Part shown: positions 47,491 to 57,651 of the stretch, in pieces | Layout: the number at the start of each line of letters is the position of its first letter | How positions within the stretch are numbered: position 1 is the stretch's first letter | Source of the DNA: Alphaproteobacteria bacterium | Lineage (GTDB): Bacteria > Pseudomonadota > Alphaproteobacteria > SP197 | Assembly: GCA_965228895.1 (NCBI GenBank) | Contig: OZ245842.1 | Location: forward strand, 3,520,001-3,584,000 | DNA length: 64,000 bases | Direction: 5' to 3' | Translations under genes and position numbers: made by a program | The notes under the pieces: generated by a model | Told to the model about the DNA's origin: nothing | Database searches by the model: none | What the model saw: only the letters and a program-made list of their open reading frames with translations

Positions 47491-49236
47491 TTGGGGTTGG
47501 TGTCGTTGAGATCGGATATCTACACCAAGTCGCCGCCGCGCGCACGATTGGCGCTGGCGGCGATCGCCGTTGCGTCACTGCTGCTCGCAGCGTGCAACAA
47601 ACCGCTGGGTGATTTTCACGATTCCGATGCCGGCCTGACCAAGGCCGACTACGAAGACATCATCGGCAGTGCGGCGACCCCGCCGGACAGCAGCGCCGTG
47701 CTGGAGCCAGAAGCGCCACCGATCCCGGACCTGATGCCGGCGCTCGTCGCGCCAGTGCCGCCGGCCGGGCCGGAAAACCGCCTGGTATCGATTTCCGTCG
47801 TCGACACCGTGCCGATCCGAGACGTCCTGATCGAATTGGCCAGGGCGGCCGAGGTTGACCTGGAACTCGATCCCGCAATCGAGGGTGGGATCATCTTCAG
47901 CGCCCAGAACCGGCCCTTCATCGAGGTCATCGACCGCATCTCGGGCATGGCCAACCTGCGCTACGAGTACAAGGGCGGCATCTTGAGGATCGAAATCGAC
48001 CGGCCCTATCACGCGACCTACAAGGTCGAGCATCTGGCCGCCGCGAGGAGCGCCACCAGCTCCGTCGACATCTTCACCGACGTCTTCTCGGCGGTCGGTG
48101 ACAACTCCATCAGCAACGGCTCGGCCGCACGTATCGAGCAGGTCACCGAGAACGACTTCTATGGCGAGCTGGCGACCAATGTGCGTCAGATCCTGACCAA
48201 TTCCTCGCCGTCCGAGGAAATCGAAGAAATCCAGCTCGCTTCGGTCCAACCGACACTGGACGGTGAGGGCGAGGAAATCACCGATGCGGTCGCAGAACCG
48301 GTCGAGGACTTCTCCATCAACCGCCAGAGCGGCCTGCTTTCGGTTTACGCGACCCAGCGTCAGCACCGCCTGGTGCAGGACTATTTGCGCGAACTGATCA
48401 TCCGGTCGTCGTCGCAGATCGTGGTCGAGGCCAAGGTGTTGGAAGTCCAGCTGAGCGACGAGTTCCGCAGCGGCGTCGACTGGAGCGTGGTGGTCGGTCT
48501 GTTGGGCGGCAATGCCGGTTTCCTGCTGAACACCGGCATTGCCAACATCCCCAACAACGCGCCGGATCTGGCCCAGCTCAGCTTCGTCGGCGGCGATGTC
48601 GACGCGGTCGTCAACCTGATCAGCGAGTTCGGGACCACGCGTACGCTCGCCAACCCACGCCTGTCGATCACCAACAACGAGCCGGCGGTCCTGAAGGTCG
48701 CCCAGAATCAGGTCTATTTCACGCTTGAGTTCGAGACCAACACGACCCAGGGCGTCGTGACCGAGACCGTCGAGAGCACGGTCAACACGGTGCCGATCGG
48801 TCTCGTCATGCTGGTGCAGCCGTCGATCGATCTGGACACCAACCGCGTGACGTTGAGCCTGCGCCCGACCCTTTCCAACATCGTCGACTTTGTCGACGAT
48901 CCAGCGGTGTCGATCGAGTCCAACAACACCGTCATTTCGCAAGTCCCGGTCGTCGAGGTGCGCGAGTTCGATTCCATCGTCACCGCGCGGTCCGGCGAGG
49001 TCATCATTTTGGGCGGCCTGATGCAGGAGACCGCCCAGAACAACGAGGCCGGCCTGCCCGGCTTCCAGGACATCCCCTGGGTGGGCAACGCCTTCAAGTC
49101 GAATGACGACGATCGCGAGGTCCGCGAACTCGTCATCTTCCTGCGCGCCACCATCGTGCCCCAGCCGGTGCCGGCGCCTGCGGATATCGATCTCTACAAC
49201 ACCTTCGCCATCGACCCGCGGCCGCTCACATTCTAA
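47491..49236 (+). CDS. Secretin (MshL/GspD-type, lipoprotein)
   Basis: Lipobox LLAAC, STN/N domains, QIVVEAKVLEVQL, ANPRL...NNEPA, SGEVIILGGLM, IPWVGNAFK, ELVIFL. Confidence 0.9.
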   Translation: MGLVSLRSDIYTKSPPRARLALAAIAVASLLLAACNKPLGDFHDSDAGLTKADYEDIIGSAATPPDSSAVLEPEAPPIPDLMPALVAPVPPAGPENRLVSISVVDTVPIRDVLIELARAAEVDLELDPAIEGGIIFSAQNRPFIEVIDRISGMANLRYEYKGGILRIEIDRPYHATYKVEHLAAARSATSSVDIFTDVFSAVGDNSISNGSAARIEQVTENDFYGELATNVRQILTNSSPSEEIEEIQLASVQPTLDGEGEEITDAVAEPVEDFSINRQSGLLSVYATQRQHRLVQDYLRELIIRSSSQIVVEAKVLEVQLSDEFRSGVDWSVVVGLLGGNAGFLLNTGIANIPNNAPDLAQLSFVGGDVDAVVNLISEFGTTRTLANPRLSITNNEPAVLKVAQNQVYFTLEFETNTTQGVVTETVESTVNTVPIGLVMLVQPSIDLDTNRVTLSLRPTLSNIVDFVDDPAVSIESNNTVISQVPVVEVREFDSIVTARSGEVIILGGLMQETAQNNEAGLPGFQDIPWVGNAFKSNDDDREVRELVIFLRATIVPQPVPAPADIDLYNTFAIDPRPLTF

Positions 49237-49326
49237 AATCACCATACGTCGGCGGGCTTTGTCTGGGGGTAGGCAAACGGCGGGTTTAGGGCGCATCGGG
49301 TTAAAGGGGAAGTTGGGTCTTAAGCC

Positions 49327-50094
49327 GTGTTTACGACGTTCCGCTATATCGTGCTGACGGCCGTGCGCGATCGGTTGCTGATCGGCGTGGCCATCGCGCT
49401 TGTGTTGGCCGCACTGTTGGGCGCTTTTCTGGGCGATGCGACGGCGCTGGAACAGCGCCAGATGTCGCTGGCCTATGCCGGTTTCACGACCCGGCTGATC
49501 CTGGCCATGGGGCTCATCCTGTTCGTTTGTTTTCACGTGCAGCGCAGCTACGACAACCGTGAAATCGACCTCATGCTGTCGCGACCGATCTCGCGCGCCC
49601 AGTTTGTCATCATCTATTGGCTCGGCTTCTCTGGCGTCGCCGTCATGCTGGCAGTGCTCGCGGCCATCGTGTTGCCGATTGCCGGTTTGCCCGATGGCGC
49701 CGGTCTGGTGCTCTGGGCGATCAGTCTGATTCTGGAATCCCTGCTTGTCGTCGCGCTGAGCCTGTTCTTTGCGCTGACGTTGAAAAGCGCCGTCGCGTCG
49801 GTGATGGCGAGTTTCGGGTTCTATCTGCTGGCCCGGATGACCGGTTTTCTGGTCAACATCGCGGAGTCCGATTGGGCGATCCTGCAGGAATCGGCGGTTG
49901 GATCGCTGTCGGCCTATGGCGTCTTCGTTTTCGGTTTCATCATGCCGCGTCTTGATCTGTTCGGTCAGACCTGGTGGCTGAACTACGGTATGCCCGACGA
50001 TCTGCCGATCGGGCTCATTGTCGGCCAAGCGGTCCTCTATACGGCGCTGTTGATTGCCGCGGCGATCTTCGATTTCCGGCGGCGGCGGTTCTGA
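49327..50094 (+). CDS. ABC-2 type permease-like membrane protein (PilI-like)
   Basis: Six TM segments, REIDLMLSRPISR motif, C-terminal AIFDFRRRRF. Confidence 0.7.
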   Translation: MFTTFRYIVLTAVRDRLLIGVAIALVLAALLGAFLGDATALEQRQMSLAYAGFTTRLILAMGLILFVCFHVQRSYDNREIDLMLSRPISRAQFVIIYWLGFSGVAVMLAVLAAIVLPIAGLPDGAGLVLWAISLILESLLVVALSLFFALTLKSAVASVMASFGFYLLARMTGFLVNIAESDWAILQESAVGSLSAYGVFVFGFIMPRLDLFGQTWWLNYGMPDDLPIGLIVGQAVLYTALLIAAAIFDFRRRRF

Positions 50095-50096
50095 CC

Positions 50097-50822
50097 ATGG
50101 CGCAGCGTCTGACCCTTGCCGTGATCGTCCTGCTGCTGGCGGGCCAGCTTGCGCTCGCCACCCAGACGATCGGCCGCCACGATTATCACGACCCGCTGAC
50201 CATGGCGCCGCCGCGCCAAGTCGCCAACGTGTTGGGTTTGGGGGACGACCAGTTCTTTTTCCGCCAGGGCGTTCTCCATATCACCCATGCCGGCGCCACC
50301 GGCGGCGAGACGATCTACCTGCGCGATTTCGACTATGATGCTCTGGTCTCGTGGCTGATCCTGCTCGACGAACTCGACCCACGCTCCGGCGCCGCCCCGT
50401 TTCTGGCGGCCTACTGGTACGGCCGCACGCCGGTCGTCGCCGACGCGGCCTTGATGGTCGATTACCTGGAAGCCCGCGCGCTCGCGGACCCCGAAACCGG
50501 CTGGCGTTGGCTGGTCGAGGCCGTCTATCTGGCGCGTTACCGGCTGAACGACGTTGATCGTGCCCTCGCGCTGGCCGAGTTGGCGGCCGACGGAAAGATC
50601 GAAAACGCGCCGTTTTACGTGCAGCACCTGCCCGCCTTCATTCAGCTCGATCTCGGCGAACGCGATGCGGCGCTCGTGTTGCTGCGGGCGTTGTTGGAGG
50701 AGAACCCGGACCTGCCGGAAGATGAGCTCAATCTGTTATTCTTCATGATCGACCGGATCGAACGCGACGGAAGCGACGCCGCCGCACCCGACACGACATC
50801 CGGCGAAACGGACGGAACATGA
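50097..50822 (+). CDS. Pilus-cluster-associated helical/TPR-like membrane-anchored protein
   Basis: N-terminal TM segment, LDELDPRS...LAAYW, WRWLVEAVYLA; starts 2 nt after the permease stop. Confidence 0.65.
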   Translation: MAQRLTLAVIVLLLAGQLALATQTIGRHDYHDPLTMAPPRQVANVLGLGDDQFFFRQGVLHITHAGATGGETIYLRDFDYDALVSWLILLDELDPRSGAAPFLAAYWYGRTPVVADAALMVDYLEARALADPETGWRWLVEAVYLARYRLNDVDRALALAELAADGKIENAPFYVQHLPAFIQLDLGERDAALVLLRALLEENPDLPEDELNLLFFMIDRIERDGSDAAAPDTTSGETDGT

Positions 50823-51919
50823 ACGACATTACACTCTCGCTCTCGCAGATCCTGCAGCTCGTCGGCGTGGTGCAATGCGTTTACGTCATTGCCCTGACGC
50901 TGGTGCGCACCGACGACTACCGTTTCGCCGCCCTGCCCGTGCTGCTGTTCGCCGCCATCGGGCTGAGTTTTGCCGTTCAGTTGGTGATGACGCTGACCGA
51001 TCTCGGCGAAAGCCCGTTCTTGAACGGTGTCTATCTGTTTGTCGAAACCTCGATACCGCCACTGATGTACCTGATGGTGATCGAGCTGGTGAAACGCCGA
51101 ATCCCAGCATCGCCCCATTGGTTGATCCTGGGCTTGCCGCTTCTGGCCGTGCCGGCGATCAACGTTGCGGTACAGGCTGAGTCCGTTTGCCTGGGAGGGG
51201 ACGGCAGTTTCTGTGTCGATCCCTACCCGCTGTTTGCCCTGTTCCGCGTTGTCGCAGGCGTCGCGATTCTGCTGCTCTTGCTGGTAGTTGTCTCACGGGA
51301 TCTCAAGACTGTCCTGACCCAGACCATGGGCAAGGAGAAGTATTGGATCATCATCGCGCTGATCGGCGCCATCATCGCCTTGATGGCCGACAATCTGCTG
51401 AGCGTCTTCGGCATCTTGAACGAAAGCGAGTCTGTCTTCGTAGCCACAGTGCTGGAACTGACGCTGGTCTACCTGCTGATCTCGTCGCTGTTCCGCGTCT
51501 ATGGCGGCGCCGTCACGATCCGCACAAATCGGGACAAGGCACGCGACGGCGAGCGCGAGCCGCTCAACGATGATGAGATTAAGCTGGTCGAACGCATCAA
51601 CGAGTTGATGACGCTCGACAAGGTCTATCAGGAGGCATCCTACAGCCGGAAGGATCTGGCCCAGGAACTGACCATCGCCGAACACCAGTTGTCGCGGATC
51701 ATCAATACCGGTTTCGCCATGAGCTTCAGCGACCTCATCAACACCCACCGGGTAGAGGAGGCAAAGTATCTGCTGCGCACCACCGAAGAACCGGTCAGTT
51801 CCATCGCCTTCGACGTCGGCTTCAACAGCCTGGCATCGTTCAACCGCGTGTTTCGCAAGGTGACCGATCAGACCCCGACAGCGTTTCGCCAGAATGGTGG
51901 CGAGGCACCGACCGCGTGA
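50819..51919 (+). CDS. Membrane-bound AraC-family regulator
   Basis: About 7 N-terminal TM segments and C-terminal LSRIIN..F...FSDLIN.HRVEEAK.LL...IAFDVGFNSLASFNRVFRK.T..TPTAFR. Confidence 0.9.
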   Translation: MNDITLSLSQILQLVGVVQCVYVIALTLVRTDDYRFAALPVLLFAAIGLSFAVQLVMTLTDLGESPFLNGVYLFVETSIPPLMYLMVIELVKRRIPASPHWLILGLPLLAVPAINVAVQAESVCLGGDGSFCVDPYPLFALFRVVAGVAILLLLLVVVSRDLKTVLTQTMGKEKYWIIIALIGAIIALMADNLLSVFGILNESESVFVATVLELTLVYLLISSLFRVYGGAVTIRTNRDKARDGEREPLNDDEIKLVERINELMTLDKVYQEASYSRKDLAQELTIAEHQLSRIINTGFAMSFSDLINTHRVEEAKYLLRTTEEPVSSIAFDVGFNSLASFNRVFRKVTDQTPTAFRQNGGEAPTA

Positions 51920-52279
51920 TCCGGATTTGCCGACGGCATCTTGTTGCCAGCCTATCCTGTCGATCGTAGTAGATTCTCGGCTTTTTCGACTAACCTTCTG
52001 ATTCAACGCTGAATCTTGTGCACCGCAGCATGGGAACTCGGCCCGTTCCCATGCCAATTTAGAGCTGGAACTCCTCAATCTGTAAATCTGACGCCGCATG
52101 ACGCCAGATAGCGAAGACCCCCCAAAGGATTAGCCCTAAAGAGTAGGTCAGAGGAGAACGAGAGCGTTGCGTCTGTGCCACTTTGGGACAGCCGCGGATC
52201 GAGCAAAGCGCGATCGGCTTCGTATCACAATGAAACAGCCGGCGAGCCGGCAGACGGACCAACGCGAGGATCCAGAACA

Positions 52280-52942
52280 ATGCAGGGTAACGTGGGTACA
52301 AACAAACACAGCTCCGAACGCGGCTTCACGCTGGTCGAGCTTTCCATCGTTCTCGTCATCATTGGCCTGTTGATTGGTGCTGTCCTGAAGGGGCAGGAAC
52401 TGATCGAAAGCGCGCGGCTGAAATCGCTGATGACGCAGATAAACAGCTACAAGACGGCGACCCAGATCTTCAAGGATCGCTATGGCTCGCTGCCCGGCGA
52501 TTTCGACGAAGCGACCACCGTGCTGAACGCGTCGGCCAACGGTGATGGTGACGGCATCATCGACGGCAATGGCGGCAACGGCGAGGGCCCGCTCTTCTTC
52601 GAGCATCTGGTCCGTGCCGAGCTCATTTCCGGCGTTTCGGTCAACGATCCGATCCCCGACAGCAAGGCCGGCAACGGTCAGGTCCAGGCCGACAACGACG
52701 ACGTCAACCAGGGCTCGCAAGACACCAACTTCTTCCGCGCCGGCGGCCTGAACGGCGTCGCCAGCACACGCGACATCCTGACCGGCGCCCAGGCGGGCGA
52801 GCTGGACAACAATTTCGACGACGGCAGCGGTATCACGGGCGATATCCAGACCGAAGGCGGCAATGACTGCCGGACCAATGCCGGCGTCCACAACTTCACC
52901 GACGGCGATGTGGCCTGTGTCTTCTTTGTGAAGATCGAATAG
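52280..52942 (+). CDS. Type IV pilin (probable major pilin)
   Basis: Class III signal ERG|FTLVELSIVLVIIGLLIGAVL; C-terminal Cys pair; long upstream intergenic region and own terminator. Confidence 0.9.
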   Translation: MQGNVGTNKHSSERGFTLVELSIVLVIIGLLIGAVLKGQELIESARLKSLMTQINSYKTATQIFKDRYGSLPGDFDEATTVLNASANGDGDGIIDGNGGNGEGPLFFEHLVRAELISGVSVNDPIPDSKAGNGQVQADNDDVNQGSQDTNFFRAGGLNGVASTRDILTGAQAGELDNNFDDGSGITGDIQTEGGNDCRTNAGVHNFTDGDVACVFFVKIE

Positions 52943-52964
52943 GCCGCCCGACCATGACGGATAG

Positions 52965-52996
52965 AGGGCCAGCCGGCTTGCCGGCTGGCCCTTTTT
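52965..52996 (+). terminator. Rho-independent terminator after the pilin gene
   Basis: AGGGCCAGCCGG-cttg-CCGGCTGGCCCT-TTTT. Confidence 0.85.
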
Positions 52997-53166
52997 CGTG
53001 CGCACCGGCAACCAACCTAGCCGCTTGCGGCGAGTCGCAAAAGAGTGCAGAATTACAGGCTGTTATCGGGGAGTCTACGACTGAGACTCGAAGTATCGGC
53101 GGCAAACCACTGATGGCCGAACAACCGGGGTTGGGCGAGCGCTAAGGCGCGACGGAAGCTGATCAG

Positions 53167-54531
53167 GTGAGCATCCTTTACAAGGCATTATCGAAGGCCG
53201 CGCGCGAGAACGCCGAGCAGGCGCAGGACGCGCCGCTGGTGCTCGACGACGACATCGGCCACGACCCCGGCAGCGCCTTCGACGACGCGACCTATCGCGA
53301 GCCACGCCGGCGCCCCTGGGCGTTGCTGGGCTTGGCCGGCGTTGTCATCGCGGGCTGCGTCGGCGGCTACGTCTATCTCACCTCACCGGAAGACGATGAT
53401 GTCATGGTCAACACCGGCGGTGAGATCGTCGACTTCTCCAAACAGAACCAGACCGCCGACAACGACGAACCCGATCTGCCCACGGCCGCTGCAGCTGACG
53501 ATGCCGTGGACGAGATGATGGTCGAGGTTGTCGAAACGGACGAAGCCGCCGATCCGAACATGGCGATGGAACTTGCGCCAGAGGATCCGGCAGCCACGGT
53601 CTCGACCGATGACACGGCGACCACCGCGCTCGATATCGTGCCGGCGGCCTCGTTGGATGCTGTCAACGCCAGCGGAAACGCCGCCGAGGTCGCCGAAATC
53701 ACCGAAACGGTTAGCGAGACCTCAGCGGAAGGCCCCGCCGACGCGACCGCGGCCGTCAACGGCGAGACCATTGAGGAAACCCTGGCGCGGCTCAGCACCG
53801 AACGCGGCGGCGATGACCTCGCCGCGCCCATCGAGATCGACCGCACGCCCGAAGCAGCCATGGAAGCCGCGATCGTGGCCGAAGCCGACAGCACCGTATC
53901 AGCCAGTGACACGACCGCCGCCGAAACCACCGTCGAATTCACCATCGACGCCGAAGGCTCCAGCAACCGGCAGAAGTTCGAGGCAGCCTACGCCGCGCTT
54001 CAGGCGGGCAACGCGGAAGCTGCCATGGATCTCTACATGGACGTGCTGATCGAGGAACCGGACAACCAGTTCGCCCTGTTCGGCTTGGCCTCCACCCTGC
54101 AGCGCATGGGTTGGCTGGGCGAAGCCCGAGCCACCTATGAAGAGTTGCTGGCGATTGACCCGAACAACCGCGGCGCGCTCACCAACATGATGTCCCTGAT
54201 CGCCCAGGAAGCGCCCGATCAGGCGCTTGCCAACCTGCAGCGGCTCTATGAGATCAACCCGGGATTCAGTCCGATCCCCGCGCAGATCGGCCTGCTCTAT
54301 GCCGATCTCGGCGATTACGGCGAAGCCGTGCGTAACCTGACGCTCGCCATCGACATGGAGCCCGACAACATGAACTACGTCTACAACCTCGCGATCATCC
54401 ACGACCGGCTCGGCCGGCACGGCGAAGCCCAGGCGCTCTATGAACGGGTGCTGGAGTTTTCCGAGTATCGCGATGTCAGCGTGCCCGTCGCGGCGATCCG
54501 CGAACGCGTGTCCTACCTGAAACGATTGTAA
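53167..54531 (+). CDS. Membrane-anchored TPR protein (MshN-like)
   Basis: MSILYKALSKA N-terminus, one TM, long acidic linker, C-terminal TPR repeats. Confidence 0.8.
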   Translation: MSILYKALSKAARENAEQAQDAPLVLDDDIGHDPGSAFDDATYREPRRRPWALLGLAGVVIAGCVGGYVYLTSPEDDDVMVNTGGEIVDFSKQNQTADNDEPDLPTAAAADDAVDEMMVEVVETDEAADPNMAMELAPEDPAATVSTDDTATTALDIVPAASLDAVNASGNAAEVAEITETVSETSAEGPADATAAVNGETIEETLARLSTERGGDDLAAPIEIDRTPEAAMEAAIVAEADSTVSASDTTAAETTVEFTIDAEGSSNRQKFEAAYAALQAGNAEAAMDLYMDVLIEEPDNQFALFGLASTLQRMGWLGEARATYEELLAIDPNNRGALTNMMSLIAQEAPDQALANLQRLYEINPGFSPIPAQIGLLYADLGDYGEAVRNLTLAIDMEPDNMNYVYNLAIIHDRLGRHGEAQALYERVLEFSEYRDVSVPVAAIRERVSYLKRL

Positions 54532-54547
54532 GCGGAGAGATCAGGCG

Positions 54548-55414
54548 ATGCCTTTCTTGAACCATTTCGGCTTGAAGGAACATCCGTTCTCGCTGACGCC
54601 CAACCCGGCATTGTTCTTCGGCGGACGTTTGCATCGCCCGATCCTGGAAATGCTGAGCTTCGCCTTGAAGCGCGGCGACGGCGTCTTGACCGTGGTCGGC
54701 GACGTCGGCACCGGCAAGACCATGCTGTGCCGCCTCCTGCTGCAAGTCCTGGACGGTGAAGCCGCCCTTGCCTATCTGCACGCGCCGCTCTCCGACGATA
54801 CGGACATCGCCCGTGACGTCGCGCGCGAGTTCGGTCTTGAGGTCGGCCCGCACGACGACGCCTTCCACGTTCTCAACCGCTTTTTGCTCGAACAGCACAG
54901 CGCCGGCCGGCGTGCTGTCCTGGTCATCGACGAGGCCCAGGCGCTCGGTCGCCCAGGTCTGGAGACCATCCGGCTGCTGTCCAACCTGGAGACCGCCTAC
55001 AGCAAACTCCTGCAGACCGTCATGTTCGGCCAGCCGGAACTCGACGCCCTGATGCGCCAGCATGCGCTTCGCCAGCTCAACCAGCGCATCGCTTTTAGAT
55101 TCGAGACCCGCGCGCTCACCGCACGCGACGCCACGCGTTACGTGCAGCACCGGGTCAATCGTTGCTCGATCAACGGCGATCCGCGCGAGATGTTCAGCAA
55201 CAGCGCGCTCGCCATGCTGGCGCGCCACAGCCGGGGCGTGCCACGCGTCATCAACATTCTTGCCGATAAGGCGATGCTGGCGGCCTATGCCGAAAACGCC
55301 ACGACCGTGCGCCGCCGCCATATGGTGGCCGCCATCGACGATTCACCGTCGATCGCGCAGAAGCTCGCTTTCTTCCGCCGCTGGAACGTGGCGCGGCTTG
55401 CCGGCGTCGGCTGA
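54548..55414 (+). CDS. ExeA/MshM-family AAA ATPase
   Basis: HFGLKEHPFSLTPNP, GDVGTGKT, VIDEAQ, FGQPEL, LRQLNQRI, GVPRVINILADKAMLAAY. Confidence 0.92.
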   Translation: MPFLNHFGLKEHPFSLTPNPALFFGGRLHRPILEMLSFALKRGDGVLTVVGDVGTGKTMLCRLLLQVLDGEAALAYLHAPLSDDTDIARDVAREFGLEVGPHDDAFHVLNRFLLEQHSAGRRAVLVIDEAQALGRPGLETIRLLSNLETAYSKLLQTVMFGQPELDALMRQHALRQLNQRIAFRFETRALTARDATRYVQHRVNRCSINGDPREMFSNSALAMLARHSRGVPRVINILADKAMLAAYAENATTVRRRHMVAAIDDSPSIAQKLAFFRRWNVARLAGVG

Positions 55415-55416
55415 TC

Positions 55417-56580
55417 ATGACTGCAACCGCAAACCAGATCGATCAGCTGCTCGCCTTTATCGTCAAGAGCGGCGCATCGGACCTGCATCTGTCGTCGGGA
55501 CGGGTGCCCGCGATGCGCGTCGACGGCGATATCGCCGCCATGACCGATCAGGAGTTCACCGCCGACCAGGTGCGTGTGTTGGTGACCGAGATCATGTCGG
55601 ATGACCAGAAGGCGGCCTATGACGAAGACCTGGAGCTTGATTTCGCCTACCAGGCCGATGCCAGCCTGGGGCGCTTCCGCGTCAACGCGTTCAACACGGC
55701 GCAAGGCCCGGCGGCGGTCCTGCGCACGATCCCGACCGAGGTGCCGACACTGGCGCAGCTCGCGGCACCCAGCCTGTTCGCCAAGCTCGCGGCGCTTGAA
55801 CACGGCTTGATCCTGGTCACCGGTCCGACCGGCAGCGGCAAGTCAACGACGCTTGCCGCCATGATCGATCACATCAACGCCAACAGCAAAAAGCACATTC
55901 TGACCGTCGAAGACCCGATCGAGTTCGTGCACCCGCCCAAGCAGTCCTTGGTCAACCAACGCGAAGTCGGCCGCGACACGTTGTCGTTCCATCGCGCACT
56001 GAAGAGCGCGCTTCGAGAAGACCCCGATGTCATCCTGGTTGGCGAGATGCGCGATCTGGAGACCATTTCACTGGCCCTGACGGCGGCCGAGACCGGTCAT
56101 CTGGTGCTCGGCACACTCCATACGACGTCAGCGCCCAAGACCATGGACCGCATCATCGACGTGTTTCCCGCCGGCGATAAGGACATGGTCCGCGCCATGC
56201 TTTCGGAGTCGATCCAGGCTGTGGTCAGCCAGATCCTGCTGAAGCGCCTGGACGGCGGCCGCGTTGCCGTCCACGAGGTGATGACCGGCACGCCGGCGGT
56301 CAGAAACTTGATCCGCGAAAACAAGATCCCGCAGATCGTCTCGATGATTCAGACCGGCCAGCGCCACGGCATGGTGACCATGAAGGACGCGGTGCAGACC
56401 TTGGTCGACAACAACGTCGTCGACGCCGGCGAACTCGAACGTTTCGAGGCGATTTCCGGCGAGGCCGCCGAGACGAATGACGCGACGGTCAACGACAACG
56501 GCACAAGCCGAGAGGCAACGCCGCCGCCGGCCCCACCACCGGAGCCCAGCAAGAAGAGCCTGCTGCGCGGCCGTTTCTAG
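55417..56580 (+). CDS. pilT: Type IV pilus retraction ATPase
   Basis: ASDLHLS, GPTGSGKSTTLAAMID, EDPIEFVH, ALREDPDVILVGEMRD, GHLVLGTLHT and the AVRNLIRE (AIRNLIRE) motif. Confidence 0.95.
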   Translation: MTATANQIDQLLAFIVKSGASDLHLSSGRVPAMRVDGDIAAMTDQEFTADQVRVLVTEIMSDDQKAAYDEDLELDFAYQADASLGRFRVNAFNTAQGPAAVLRTIPTEVPTLAQLAAPSLFAKLAALEHGLILVTGPTGSGKSTTLAAMIDHINANSKKHILTVEDPIEFVHPPKQSLVNQREVGRDTLSFHRALKSALREDPDVILVGEMRDLETISLALTAAETGHLVLGTLHTTSAPKTMDRIIDVFPAGDKDMVRAMLSESIQAVVSQILLKRLDGGRVAVHEVMTGTPAVRNLIRENKIPQIVSMIQTGQRHGMVTMKDAVQTLVDNNVVDAGELERFEAISGEAAETNDATVNDNGTSREATPPPAPPPEPSKKSLLRGRF

Positions 56581-56600
56581 GACCTTCACGAAGACACAAA

Positions 56601-56721
56601 CGCGCCCCGGACTTGATCCGGGGTCCACGAACACGGGCACTGCAATTGTTGCGCCGTCCTTCTCAAAACGTCAGATTCCGTGTTCCCGGATCCCGGCTCG
56701 CGCTGCGCTTGGCCGGGATGC
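56601..56721. repeat. Alphaproteobacterial REP-like paired palindrome
   Basis: CCCCGGACTTGATCCGGGGTCC ... GGATCCCGGC..GCCGGGATG hairpin pair between convergent pilT and ABC ATPase genes. Confidence 0.7.
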
Positions 56722-56746
56722 GATAACGGAGTCGCTGGATCGAGCG

Positions 56747-57514
56747 CTAGCGCGCGGTGGATTCAGGTTCGGCGTCGGCGTGATCGATGGCGTCCAGGAA
56801 CGCCCGTTCCAGGGACGCGCCGCCATGGCGTTCGCGCAGACTTGCGGGATCGCCGTGATAGAGAATGCGCCGGTCGCTGAGCACCGCAACGGCATCGCAG
56901 ATCTCATCGATGTCCGAAAGGATGTGCGAACTGAAAAAGACGGATCCACCTGCCTCACGATAGGCGATCAAACGATCCTTCAACAGAATCCGTGCCCGGG
57001 GATCAAGGCCGGTCATCGGCTCGTCGAGAATCAACAGCGGCCTTTCGCTCATCAGCGTCGCCATCAAGCCGGCTTTCTGCATCATCCCCTTCGAATAGGT
57101 CGCGACACTGCGGTTAAGCGCGTCGGGATCAAGCGCCAGGCCCTCCGCATTCGACGCCAGCGTCGCGCGATCGACCTTGATGCCGAAATAGGCAAGGCTC
57201 AAGGAGATGAACTCGCGCCCCTTCAGCGTGCGCGAGACGTTGAGGTTTTCCGGCAGGTAAGCGATCGCACGTCGTGCGGCGGCTTCGCGGCAGTCGCGCC
57301 CGAACAGCCGGATCGTGCCGGCCGCCGGTTCGATCAGGTTCAGCATGGTCTTGATGAAGGTCGTCTTGCCGACGCCGTTCAGGCCGATCAAACCCAGGAT
57401 CTCGCCGCACCGGACCGTCAGGCTGACGTTCTCCAGCACGATGCGCTCACCATAAGCAACGCGCAGCGCTTCGGCTTCAAGCGCCGGTCCGTCGCTTTCG
57501 TTGCGCACGACCAT
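56747..57514 (-). CDS. ABC transporter ATP-binding protein (PilH-like)
   Basis: GLNGVGKTT, YSKGMMQK, LILDEPMTGLDP, FFSSHILSD. Confidence 0.9.
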   Translation of the reverse strand: MVVRNESDGPALEAEALRVAYGERIVLENVSLTVRCGEILGLIGLNGVGKTTFIKTMLNLIEPAAGTIRLFGRDCREAAARRAIAYLPENLNVSRTLKGREFISLSLAYFGIKVDRATLASNAEGLALDPDALNRSVATYSKGMMQKAGLMATLMSERPLLILDEPMTGLDPRARILLKDRLIAYREAGGSVFFSSHILSDIDEICDAVAVLSDRRILYHGDPASLRERHGGASLERAFLDAIDHADAEPESTAR

Positions 57515-57651
57515 GCCCGGTTGCTCTAGAGCCTACACGGCTTTATTGGCATCACCGGCCCGCTCCCCCACCCGGCCACCCATGGCAGCATCCTCGGGGT
57601 GGCCGGGTGGGGGAGCGGGCCGGCACCGATTCCGCGCAAGCAGGTCATACC

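Noticed and set aside
47575-50028. 817-aa minus-strand ORF, and similar long ORFs at 30265..31677, 35670..36995, 27933..29171, 16128..17450 and 2885..4066
   Set aside because: Antisense shadows of well-supported genes, expected in high-GC DNA; no motifs of their own.
51933-51949. Sigma54 promoter upstream of the pilin gene
   Set aside because: GG and GC are separated by 9 nt rather than the required 10.
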